Assembly (NCBI RefSeq): GCF_011386835.1
Contig: NC_088810.1
Span: 23,746,001-23,810,000 of the forward strand
Direction of reading: 5' to 3'
Source of the DNA: Chrysemys picta bellii
Lineage: Eukaryota
Length of the DNA stretch: 64,000 nt
In this document: positions 1-10,293 of the stretch, piece after piece
How positions within the stretch are numbered: the stretch's first letter is position 1
Layout of the letters: the number at the start of each line of letters is the position of its first letter
Notes under the pieces: model-generated
Databases searched by the model: none
Told to the model about the DNA's origin: nothing
What the model saw: the letters and a program-made list of their open reading frames with translations, nothing else
Program-made: the position numbers and the translations under genes

Positions 1-767
1 TCTATCTTCATCACACCATTTACGCTGGGAGTTCCTTGCCACACCATCCGGGAGGCAGAACATGCTGGTCACTTGCCAGAAGCTGGTGATTCAGGGCTAA
101 GTGATTTTGTGGTGCTACATAAAAGTGATTGTACGCTATCCAGCCAGAGATGGGATGGGCATATTATAGCCATGGTTACTTATTTCTACAGCTCCAAAAA
201 TCTACCAGGGGCATACGAGAGAAGCATCCACCATCCTGAATGGTGCAAAGGGAACCCGCTGGCTCAGTGGTTGTTGCATGTCCCACTCAAGTGGTTGCTC
301 CAGGAGAGGATAAGAGTCTACTAACACTGCCCACAAACGGAGTTACTCCTTTAGCTCAAGTGGTGAAGGCTCATCTTTTAGCACTGGCGGTCCGGAGTTC
401 AATTCTGCCTGACCACCCACCCAGCAAAGTGCCAGGTCACCAGAGCTAACGTGGTGGATTTCGGAGGTGGGAACATCAGGATGGGACCATGTGCTCCAGT
501 GAGAGCTGTGTACCAGGGTGGCCTCATCGCTCTTTGCAAGCATGGACTGTGATGCATATAAACACAGGGTAAAAAGTGATAGGAGAGAAAGGGTGCTCTC
601 GAAAAGCTGACCCAGCATTAAGGAGAGCGCTTCTGTCACAATACCTCTGCCTAGGAAGAGGAGTGAGGCCAGGGGTCGGCATGCACAGCTGAGCATCTCA
701 CTAGCACCATGAGGAAGATGCTTCAGGCCATGCCCTGCACTCTGCCTCTGCCCTCTTGCAGGAAGCT

Positions 768-862
768 TCATAGAATCATAGAATCTCAGGGGTAGAAGGG
801 ACCTCAGGAGATCATCTAGTCCAACCCCCTGCTCAAAGCAGGACCAATCCCCAACTAAATCA
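768..862 (-). mobile_element. CR1 LINE (or CR1-tailed SINE) 3' end fragment
   Basis: The minus strand reads TTGGACTAGATGATCTCCTGAGGTCCCTTC followed by ATTCTATGATTCTATGA, the CR1 3' terminus with its octamer repeats. Confidence 0.8.
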
Positions 863-1745
863 CTTGCTGTCCACTGTATTCTGCTCACACTTGTCTTGGA
901 CCAGGTCCCATTTGCTCCCTAATGTGAGTACGATGCGAGGACTTGAACGACCAAGGTGCGACTGCAAGCTGATATGGCATTAGCCTGTATTTGAACAGCA
1001 CGGCGTGATTGTGTCATGTTTAATCCCCCGCTCACACTGCCCCAGCCTCACTGCTATTCAGCTGTATTTCGTTTCCTTCCTTGCCGTTTGGCAGAAGGCC
1101 AAGGCTGAGGAATGCAGAAGGGAAGCAACTTGCCAACCTTTGCCCAGTGTCCGAGTGGAGCAGTGGTGGGTGGGAACAGAACCCAGGAATCCTGGCTGGT
1201 GTTTAGAATAGAACCCATGTGTCTTGACTCCCAGAACCTCCGTTTTACCCACCAGACAATCCTTCCTCCCAGTCCAGTGAGATGAGAAGCAACATGACTT
1301 GGCTACGTTTATGCCGAGTCAATGGCAAATGTGAGAGCAGAACCAAGGAGTCCTGTCTCCCCGTCCTGTGCTGGGAATAGAGACCAGACTTCCTGACTCT
1401 GCTTGTATCTTATCCGCCGGGCCACCCTTCCTCTCCCACCCCCCTTTACACGCCGTGATTAGCACACAAGTCCCAGCGGGTTACACCATTGTCAGGAGAC
1501 TGAAGCACACAGCAAACAGACACAAGGGATTGCGTTAGAGGCAAGTTTTATTGCTACATTATCAGCCCAAACAGGCAAAGATTCTCTGGTTACATTCGAT
1601 ATTTGCAAAATCTCGTCTTGTTTTAACTCGAAGGGTCTCCCTGACTTCGGTGGTTAGGGTCATCGCTGGGGTTAGTGCCACAGCCATGACACCCGTGCCC
1701 AGAGGAGCTTCCAGCAGCGGGGCCAGAATTATGCTCATGCCCAAG

Positions 1746-2787
1746 TTAATTGGGGCCATGCCCATGCCCATGCCCATGCCCATCACCCGGCTTCCCAGAC
1801 CCTTCATCACAAGCCCCGTGTGAGAGATCATGAGCATGTATGGCCAATTTTGCCAGCGTGGTAACGAACTCTTCGAAATGGAGTTGTCCATTTTTGTTTT
1901 TGTCGGTCTTCTTAAACAGGTCTTCTATGTATTCGTCCTCTGTCTTCCCGCGCTGCAAAAGAAGGAAGAGTCAAAGGAAGAATCCATTAGCAACACGGTG
2001 GTAGGAGGTTCCACTGCCCAGTGCCAGCGGTGGTCAATGAACCCTCCTTGCAACTTTTAACAGCAAAATACTATTCTGCGACTTCTGGATTTGGGGAGAG
2101 ATTTGAAAGCTCCAAAGGGCTGCTAGACACCTGGCTCCCAGGGGGAGATAGCTGACTGCTAATCACTGACAGCGAAAATATAAAAGTGAAAGTGCTTCGA
2201 GAAAACCCTCCATGTGTACCATGAAATCCCCATTCATCTCTCTGAGTCTACTCAACCATTTCTTTGGTCCTTACTAGCCGTGCCGGCTTTTCCATCAAGG
2301 CATTTGCCTAAGACAGGAAGAGAGAAGGTCCAGAATAAAGTCCAGGCTCTCTTGGTCTCTGGATGTTTATCGACCGAGTGTTCTTCTCCACGCTAGTGGA
2401 GCAAACAGTAGGTTAAAGCAGCATAAATCGACGCTCAATAGCATTTACTTTCAGATGAACTTCTACTCCCCTACTTGACTCTCAGGGCACTAATGTGGTG
2501 AATGTCTCCCAGAGAAGTAAAGCGAAGGAAAAGGATAGGCCAGATCCCCAGGGGCGTAAAGCACCATCGTGGAGACTCCCAACACCTCCCACAGACAGTA
2601 CCATGTCTCTGCTTACCGGGATAGTGCACGCCAGAAATGACTTGGCATGCTGTTTTAGCAGCTGCTTGAACTCCTGCTTCTGCAGGAAATCATCCGAGTT
2701 GGGCCTTTTTTCAGAGTACTCGTGGTACACATCGATTACATCATTCAAGGCTGTTTCCAGTTTGCTGGTAGGCAGTCCGCTTGTCAT
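1746..2787 (-). CDS. S100 protein of the calgranulin/psoriasin clade (S100A7/A8/A9/A12/MRP126-like) with His-rich tail, 125 aa; join(2787..2617,1952..1746)
   Basis: Exon 2 MTSGLPTSKLETALNDVIDVYHEYSEKRPNSDDFLQKQEFKQLLKQHAKSFLACTIP ends at a GTAAG donor (2616-2612), 57 codons, phase 0. Exon 3 follows a TTTTGCAG acceptor (CAG 1955-1953): RGKTEDEYIEDLFKKTDKNKNGQLHFEEFVTTLAKLAIHAHDLSHGACDEGSGKPGDGHGHGHGHGPN*. Canonical EF loop D74-E85, HxxxH (H98/H102). AATAAA at 1552-1547. Orthology within the clade cannot be settled by eye. Confidence 0.93.
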
Positions 2788-3438
2788 CTTGCTGAGTGTC
2801 TAGGGAACCTGAAACAGGAAGACAGTTATCTAAGAAACTGTTAGACTATAGAATACACGAATGAATGCTCCCTTCTGTCTCGGTCCGCCTTGATCAACAC
2901 TTCTCCAGTCTGCGGAAGGTACCAAGAACAGTATCATGTTATTACTGGTTTTCAAATAGCTCGGAGAGTGCTGTGCATAGACGGTCCCTGCCTCTAAGAG
3001 GGGATTATTGATCCCATTTCACAGATGGGGAATTGAGACACAGAGTGATTATGATCACTCAGGGAAGCTATGGCAGAGTGGGAATTAACCCCAGCTCTCC
3101 TCAGCCTTAGTCCAGCAGCGTACCCATGAAGGCAGCTTTTCCTGCGGAAAGCAGGCATTTGGATGTTCCCTTACCTTTCCCATGAGCCCTGCGTCTGCCC
3201 CCCCGATGTTCAAACACAGAATCTAAAGCCCTCTCCGTGTGCCTTGGAGACTATCCTGTACTTCCAGCAGCATTTCCTACCCCTGCGTCAGTGGGGGGGG
3301 ATCCTGCTTTGTGATCTCCCTGAAGCGGCCCGGCAGTGTCCCCTGTTTATAAAGCGCTATACAAGGCAGTTGGTTAGAAAAGCCAGGGTGTGGTTCAAAT
3401 AAATAAATAATAAGGCTACTTATCATAAACAGACTTAC

Positions 3439-3514
3439 CCGAGTCTTGGAGATCAGAAGAGGAGATGATCAGTCAGGTGTGGTGAAGCCAGTGCAGAGAT
3501 CAGACACTTTTATA
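3439..3514 (-). promoter_or_regulatory. TATA box and non-coding exon 1 of the His-tailed S100
   Basis: TATAAAA at 3514-3508 and GTAAGT donor at 3438-3433 give a ~45-nt exon 1 (~3484-3439), the usual S100 three-exon layout. C/EBP-type motifs upstream: TTGTGCAAT 3602-3610 and ATTGCAAAA 3835-3843. Confidence 0.75.
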
Positions 3515-3861
3515 CTCTCCTTGCACTGAGTTTAGTACACACACAGACAACGCCCTCAGATGGTGCATTATTGTTTTCGTTCTTTAAGGCTCTCTGGAGT
3601 CTTGTGCAATGCACTGCACCCAGCACGCCCAGGCGAGAATTCTGGAACCGGTCCAGAAAGTGACGCCTGCCAGGGTCACTTCAGAGGCACAGTCTGGGCG
3701 TTTGCTCTGTGCGACCAGCCGGCACGGGGTACAGACAGGGGTGCAGGAATCCTGAGGCTGGTATGTGCGTTCTAGTTCCCCAAACAGCATTATGGGGGGT
3801 CTCAAAAGCCAGTGCCACACTGGTCATCAAAGTCATTGCAAAACAACTGTATGGATGTTGT

Positions 3862-4043
3862 TATAGAATATCAGGGTTGGAAGGGACTTCAGGAGGTCAT
3901 CTAGTCCAACCCCCTGCTCAAAGAAGGACCAATCCCCAGACAGATTTTTGCCCCAGATCCCTAAATGGCCCCCTCAAGGATTGAGCTCACAACCCTGGGT
4001 TTAGCAGGCCAATGCTCAAACCACTGAGCTATCCCTCCTCCCC
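3862..4043 (-). mobile_element. Tortoise-type tRNA-derived SINE with CR1 3' tail, full length
   Basis: tRNA-like head GGATAGCTCAGTGGTTTGAGCATTGGCCTGCTAAACCCAGGGTTGTGAGCTCAATCC (A and B boxes), then the CR1 tail GGACTAGATGACCTCCTGAAGTCCCTTCC ending ATTCTAT. Confidence 0.85.
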
Positions 4044-6232
4044 ACTGAAAATGTGTTCTTTGAGTCTGTGTCCAGCGAAGGTGAAAACCAAGTTCTGTCA
4101 GACAAGAGATGTTTAATCTGTAAAGCTGGTCCACAGTGGGCCTCCTACCACCCGTCTGAACTGAATGCAAAGGAAGGATTGCGAGAACTTCAGAAAGAAA
4201 TGAAGAGGAAGAGAAAAACAGTGGGGCAGTCGGGGGGGGCATAGACCTCACTTCGAAGGATTGCTCTGCTATATTTGGGGTGCAGAGAAGACACCCCCCA
4301 CCTAGGAAGTCAATGGATAGCGGATTTGCTTTATGAAAGTAGGATCTCAACCAGGCTTGGCTGAAAATGCTGCCAGATCTTCAGCTCCTATAAATCAGTG
4401 TCGTTTGTTGATTTCAATGGCACAACGTTGACTTGATACCAGCTGGGGGCTCTCTGACCCATTGACTTCAATGGAGCTCTGCTGGGGATTTGGCCCTCTG
4501 ACTTCACTAGATCCATGCCCCTTTACACAGCTTAAGATATGACTCGGTGTCTTTAGTTTCTCAAGCCAAGAACGCAATGTTCCAGGTAAATTTTTGTTTC
4601 CTGTACATGTGGGCGGTAGGTAATGGCCCAGATTTCTTCATTCTCTTGCTCACACTTTTAAGCCCATGAACTATCTGCTCCGCCCTCCATTCTGCATCTC
4701 CCTAGGGACTTCTCCTTTCTCAACAGTTTTCTAAGGGAGTTTCTTGCAAAGGAGACGAGGGCTACACCCCTGAAATCTGCCCAAGGCTTATTAAATGGGT
4801 GGCATATCACAGCAGCGTTTTTCGTTATCTTACTAGGAGCAAAACTGAGACAAAGTCAGCAGTTAGCCCCTGTTGGCCTGGCCTCTTTTAACTCATCTGG
4901 TAAAACAGCAATTTGTCACCTCCCCTGAATTCTCTGAGATGGACCTTTTTCCCCACTAGAAATCCGTTCTCTATAACCAGCATTTTGCACTGCCAAGCCG
5001 TGTCACCTGCCAGCTTTTTCCTGCCTTCAGGAAAACTTGTGAGACTTGAAAGAAAGAACCGGCCGTTGCTCCAATCATTCCTTCTCGTGATGGGCGGATT
5101 GGACACCCCTCTTCCCTCCACTCATTCTGGAAGGGACATCCCAACCTTGTCCACTCAGGTCCCGATCCCCCACGCACACTCCATGCACTTCATGGGAATG
5201 GAGCAGTAACACGAAGTCATTCCCCCTGAACCGATGCCAAAGTCTTGCCTCGACTGGAGACGCTGCCAGCCGGGCATGGATGAGTTGCCAAACTAAAGTC
5301 ATCGCAGCACATGATAAAAGCTTCGGGCATTTCAATCAAGTGCATCATCCTTTTGATAGAAAGTTCAATGCCACCTACTGTGTTGTGCAGCCTTTTCTAT
5401 TTCTCCAAGGGGTATGCCTCAGGAACCCCAGTTCGCAGGCTTGACCTCTTCCTTGGCTCGCTCTGTAAGGTAACAAAGACAACTTAGCGCAGACAGTAAC
5501 ATTCAGCTTGTCTTGATTTGGGGTCAAAGCATTTCCCTCCCTCCCCAACACTTCTTCACACTCCCAGTCGAGGAATACCCCATTAACGCGACCATCTGAG
5601 TCAACCATTCCCCCATAGCCATTCACCCTCTCCATTACAGGGCAAAGTTTAGCTTTTTTTAAAAGAAACCTTCACACTGGAAGGTCAAATGGCCCATGCA
5701 TCAGTCTTTAAAATATGTCCACTGGCTGCCTTCTTCAATGGAAAATATCCTCGCCACACTTATCGACTGATTCATAGATTTTCTAAGGCCAGAAGGAGCC
5801 ATCTAATCCAACATTCTCCATAACCCAGCCCACAGAATTTTACCCAGTCATTCCTGTATCCGGCCAACAGCTTGTGGGTGAACTAGGGTATGTCTACACT
5901 ACGAAATTAGGTCGATTTTATAGAAGTTGATTTTTAGAAATCGATTTTATACAGTTGATTGCCTATGTCCACACTAAGCGCATTAAGTCGGCGGAGTGTG
6001 TCCTCACTACCGTGGCTAGCATCGACTCACGGAGCGGTGCACTGTGGGTAGCTATCCCACAGTTCCCGCCGTCTCCGCCACCCATTGGAATTCTGGGGTA
6101 AGCTCCCAATGCCTGATGGGGCAAAAACATTGTCGCGGGTGGTTTTGGGTACATGTCATCAGTCGCCCCTCCCTCCGTGAAAGCAACGTCAGACAATCGT
6201 TTTGCGTCTTTTTTCCATGCAGACGCCATACC

Positions 6233-7270
6233 ATGGCAAGCCTGGAGCCCGCTCAGCTCAGCTCACCGTCACCCAGGCAGTTGTGAGCATTGTAAACAGC
6301 TCGTGCATTATACTGCAGTATGTGCAGAACCGGACTAAGAGACGGCAGCACGAGGAGGATTTTGATGAGGACATGGACACAGACGTTCCTGAAAGCACGG
6401 GCTGTGGCAACTGGGACATTATGGTGGCACTGGGGCTGTTGATAGAGTGGAACGCCGATTCTGGGCCCGGCAAACAAGCACAGACTGGTGGGACCGCATA
6501 GTATTGCAGGTATGGGATGATTCACAGTGGCTGCGAAACTTTTGCATGCATAAGGCCACTTTCCTGGAACTCTGTGAGTTGCTTTCCCCCACCCTGAAGT
6601 GCAGGAATCCCAAGATGAGAGCTGCCTTGACTGTTGAGAAGCGAGTGGCGACAGCCCTGTGGAAGCTTGCAACACCAGACTGCTACCGATCAGTCGGGAA
6701 TCAATTTGGAGTGGGCAAGTCTACTGTGGGGACTGCTGTGATCCAAGTCGCCAATGCATTCACTGACGTTCTGTAATCAAGGGTAGTGACTCTGGGAAAT
6801 GTGCAGGTCATAGTGGATGGCTTTGCTGCAGTGGGGTTCCCTAACTGTGGTGGGGCGATAGACAGAACGCATATCCCCATCTTGGCACTGGACCACCTTG
6901 CCAACCAGTACATAAACCGCAAGGGGTACTTCTCAATGGTGCTGCAAGCACTGGTGGATCATAAGGGACGTTTCACCGACATCAACATGGGATGGCCAGG
7001 AAAGATGCATGACGCTCGCATATTTAGGAACTCCGGGCTGTTCGAGCAGCTGCAAGAAGGGACTTAATTCCCAGACCACAAAATTACCATTGGGGATGTT
7101 GAAATGCCAATCGTTATCCTTGGGGACCCCTTGCTCCCATAGTTCATGAAGCCTGGACAGTAGTAAGGAGCAGTTCAACTATAGGCTGAGCAAGTGCAGA
7201 ATGGTAGTAGAATGTGCCTTTGGACGTTTAAAAGCTCGCTGGCGCTGTTTGCTGATTAGGTTAGATGGAG
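6233..7270 (+). pseudogene. Harbinger (HARBI1-like, DDE_Tnp_4) transposase remnant
   Basis: Fragments RRFWARQTSTDWWDRIV..FLELCELL..LTVEKRVA.ALWKLATPDCYRSVGNQFGVGKSTV, GFPNCGGAIDRTHIPI..YINRKGYFSMVLQALVD..FTDINMGWPGKMHDARIFRNS and VVECAFGRLKARWRCL. In-frame stops, frameshifts and a truncated C-terminus. Confidence 0.92.
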
Positions 7271-7555
7271 CCACCTCCTCGCCGTCCCCCCGCATTCTTG
7301 GGCGTCTGGGTGAGGAGGCTATGGAACATGGGGAGGAGGGTAGGTGGTTATACTGTGCTCTTGTTGGCTTTCCTGCAGCTCCAACACATGCTTCATCATG
7401 TCCATTTGCTCGCCCAACAGATGCTTCAGCATGTCCATTTGCTCCCCCATTAGCCTCAGCATCGCATCCTGCCTCCGCTCTTCGCACTCACTCAATTCTT
7501 TCCTGGCCTCTGCCACTGAGTGCCTCCATGCATTAAGCTGTGCCCTACCAGTGCG

Positions 7556-7802
7556 CAGGGCCGGCTCTAGCGTTTTTGCCGCCCCAAGCAGAAAAAAAAA
7601 AAAAAAAAAAGCTTTTATCGCGATCGGCGGCAGCTCTAGCGCCGCTTCATTCTACGGAGGCAATTCGGCGGCAGGTCCTTCGCTCCGAGAGGGAGTGACG
7701 GCCCCGCCGCCAAATTGCCGCCAAACAGCCGGACGTGCCGCCCCCCTCTTCATTGGCCACCCCAGGCACCTGCTTGCTACGCTGGTGCCTGGAGCCAGCC
7801 TG
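7556..7802 (+). mobile_element. hAT-type MITE inside the Harbinger Myb gene
   Basis: Termini CAGGGCCGGCTC and GAGCCAGCCTG; 8-bp flanks CCAGTGCG / TTAGTGCG (6/8). The host reading frame resumes on both sides. Confidence 0.75.
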
Positions 7803-8100
7803 TTAGTGCGGGAGGACTGCATCAGCTCAGAAAATGTCATCGCGAGTGCATTTTTTTCACCTTCTAATCTGCAATAACCGCAGAGACGGAGATGATAGGG
7901 GGAGCGTAGAAACATTTGCACCTGGGGGGAGATAAAAAGGGAGAGTAAAATTGGGTTGGCTTCTTATGCCTTCATAACATGTGGGAATGTTTTCAAACTG
8001 CAGTGCCCCCCTTTCCCAGAGCAAGCAATGGGTTGGGTTTCACATTTAAAAGGAGGGGCTGCAGTATTCGGGTAGATGTGCAGCACACACCTACCCCCAC

Positions 8101-8225
8101 CCCACCACGTGGCTATTCTCCGGGATGATTCCTTCTCCCCCGCCCCACCACGTGGCTATTCTCTGGGATGATTCCTTCTCCCCCGCCTCCCCCCCACCGC
8201 GTGGCTATTCTCTGGGATGATCCCT
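8101..8225. repeat. 43-bp tandem repeat, ~2.8 copies, in the Harbinger Myb-gene intron
   Basis: Unit CCCACCACGTGGCTATTCTCCGGGATGATTCCTTCTCCCCCGC starting at 8101, 8144 and ~8192. Confidence 0.8.
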
Positions 8226-9458
8226 TTTAGCCAAGCACAAACAGCCCAGCATGAACTTTTACTGTTCCCTTACAAAAATTCCCCTATTTCAACCAGGTGA
8301 CCATGAACACTATTGCTTTTAAACACTGTACTGTAGTTACAAATGTTCACTCACCAGAGGTGTTACCAGATTTGCCCATTACTTTGGGGTATGCTCATTT
8401 ATTCGGGTTACTCCTCTGGGGAAGGGGATTCTGTAATCCTATCAATGTACTGCTTGTGTCACTTGTGTTTTCATATGGAGCTCTACTTCTCCCTTCTGCA
8501 AGTCCCCTCCCAATGGAGCTATCCTGCAGGACCTAGGTTCCCCAGGGCTGGGTTCCTCCAGCCCCAAAACCGGATGAACACACACGGACCGGGTCAATCA
8601 GCATTGTCAAGCTGACCCCTTATCTGTCTCTGGACTCACTGGGCTGGAGGAAGCAGCACTTTCAAGCTGCCCCCCCCTCATATGCCCCTGAGCTCAATGG
8701 ACTGGGTCAAGCAGCACTTTCAAGCTGTTACCCTTATGCGTCCCAGATTCAGCACGTCCCTATCCCCACTCTCACATCACAATTGTACTGGCAGTAACCT
8801 ACTTGATGAGCAAACCCCGCAGTATTCTGGGCGCTGCAGGGATCTTTAGCTTAGGTAAAAGAAGCGTTGCTGTAGAGTGAATGGGGGAAGCTAAAAACAC
8901 AAACGAGTAAAGTTCAGCAAGAGGGAGAGAAGCAACCAACTTAACCATAGAAGTTATTTATTGAATAATAGTGATAACTACACAAGGACCTAAACCAACA
9001 TAACAGTTACATTATTAAAGGTTAATACCTAAGGTAGAAAGGAAAACAGAGAGAGAGAAAGAGGGGGTGTCTCACCCACTCCATGAGGCTTGAACTGGTC
9101 GGGGTTCCCAGATGATGGTGGTAGCGGAGGGACCTGAATGCTGGAGACAGGCAGAGCCCCCAGCACGATCAGTCAGGAGATGGAGTTCCGGTGGAACTGA
9201 TGCATAGTTTGGATCTAAGCATCAGAACCCTGACTGAAGGGTGAGTAGGGATTTTTGTAGAGAAATTACAATGGTTCAAGGGAGAACACTAGATTTGTTT
9301 CTAGGTAAGCTGATGACTCCAGGGTTTTCTTTAGACTAGACAATAGGAGCTGATCACTCTTGGCTCTGGGTGGTGTTTTCTTCCAGGGAGCTCACAATGC
9401 AACTAGGCTGCTTCAGTATTTGGATATCAATTAAGGATTCATTTCTAGAATTAATTGG

Positions 9459-9499
9459 GTAGAAGCTTTCGTGGGTAAAAACCTCACTTCTTCAGATGC
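9459..9499 (-). ncRNA. Minimal type I hammerhead ribozyme motif, stem I damaged
   Basis: GCAT CTGAAGA A GTGAGGTTTTTACCCAC GAAA GC TT CTAC. Core intact, but the 3' strand of stem I is CTAC instead of ATGC. Confidence 0.6.
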
Positions 9500-10107
9500 A
9501 TAGAGTGAAAGTTACAGATGCAGGCATTATATACTGACCCATGGAGAGCAGGGAGTTACTTCGCAAGTGGAGAACCAGTGCTGACAGGGCCAATTCAATC
9601 AGGGTGGATGTAATCCACTCCCAATAATAGATGAGGAGGTGTCAATTCCAGGAGAGGAAAAGCTGCTTCTATAATGAGCCAGCCACTCCCAGTCCCTATT
9701 CAAGCCCAGATTAATGGTGTTAAATTTGCAAATGAATTTTAGTTCGTCTGTTTCTCTTTGAAGTCTGTTTCTGAAGTTTTTTTGTTCAATGATAGTGACT
9801 TTTAAATAGAATGACCAGGGAGATTGAAGTGTTCACTTACTGGCTTTTGTATGTTACCATTCCTGATGTCCGATTTGTGTCCATTTATTCTTTTACGGAG
9901 GGACTGTCCGGTTTGGCCAATGTACATGGCAGAGGGGCATTGCTGGCACATGATGGCATATATAACATTAGTGGATGTGCAGGTGAATGAGCCCTTGATG
10001 GTGTGGCTGATGCGGTTGGGTCCTCTGATGGTGTCGCCAGAGTAAATATGGGGACAGAAATGGACAAAAATCGGACACTAAGACAGAACAAATGACTTGA
10101 CCTTCTT

Positions 10108-10148
10108 GCATCTGAAGAAGTGAGGTTCTTACCCACGAAAGCTTATGC
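10108..10148 (+). ncRNA. Minimal type I hammerhead ribozyme motif (intact)
   Basis: GCAT CTGAAGA A GTG(A)GGT-TCTT-ACCCAC GAAA GC TT ATGC: stem I GCAU/AUGC, CUGANGA core, stem II, GAAA, palindromic AGCU stem III. Predicted cut after U10144. Confidence 0.75.
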
Positions 10149-10252
10149 TCCCAATACTTCTGTTAGTCTCAAAGGTGCCACAGGACCCGCTGTTGCTTTT
10201 TACAGATTCAGACTAACACGGATACCCCTCTGATACTCAACTTTCACTCTAT

Positions 10253-10293
10253 GCATCTGAAGAAGTGAGGTTTTTACCCACGAAAGCTTATGC
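10253..10293 (+). ncRNA. Minimal type I hammerhead ribozyme motif (intact), second of a tandem pair
   Basis: GCAT CTGAAGA A GTGAGGTTTTTACCCAC GAAA GC TT ATGC, 145 nt after the first copy. Predicted cut after U10289. Confidence 0.75.

Noticed and set aside
1-760. ORFs 73..324, 240..449 and 343..888 as a gene or retroelement protein
   Set aside because: No recognisable domain in any frame. Only a tRNA-SINE-like head (~351-405) and a CR1 tail nearby can be supported.
1562-1891. ORF with MGMGMGM repeat
   Set aside because: Shifted reading frame of the GGGCAT repeat in exon 3 of the His-tailed S100; not a separate gene.
3990-4043. tRNA gene (also similar heads at ~351, 17851 and ~35080)
   Set aside because: A and B boxes are present, but the sequence runs into a SINE body and CR1 tail and lacks a full cloverleaf acceptor stem.
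6233-7270. Host HARBI1 gene
   Set aside because: Has stops and frameshifts and sits inside TIRs with a partner Myb gene, so it is a decayed transposon.
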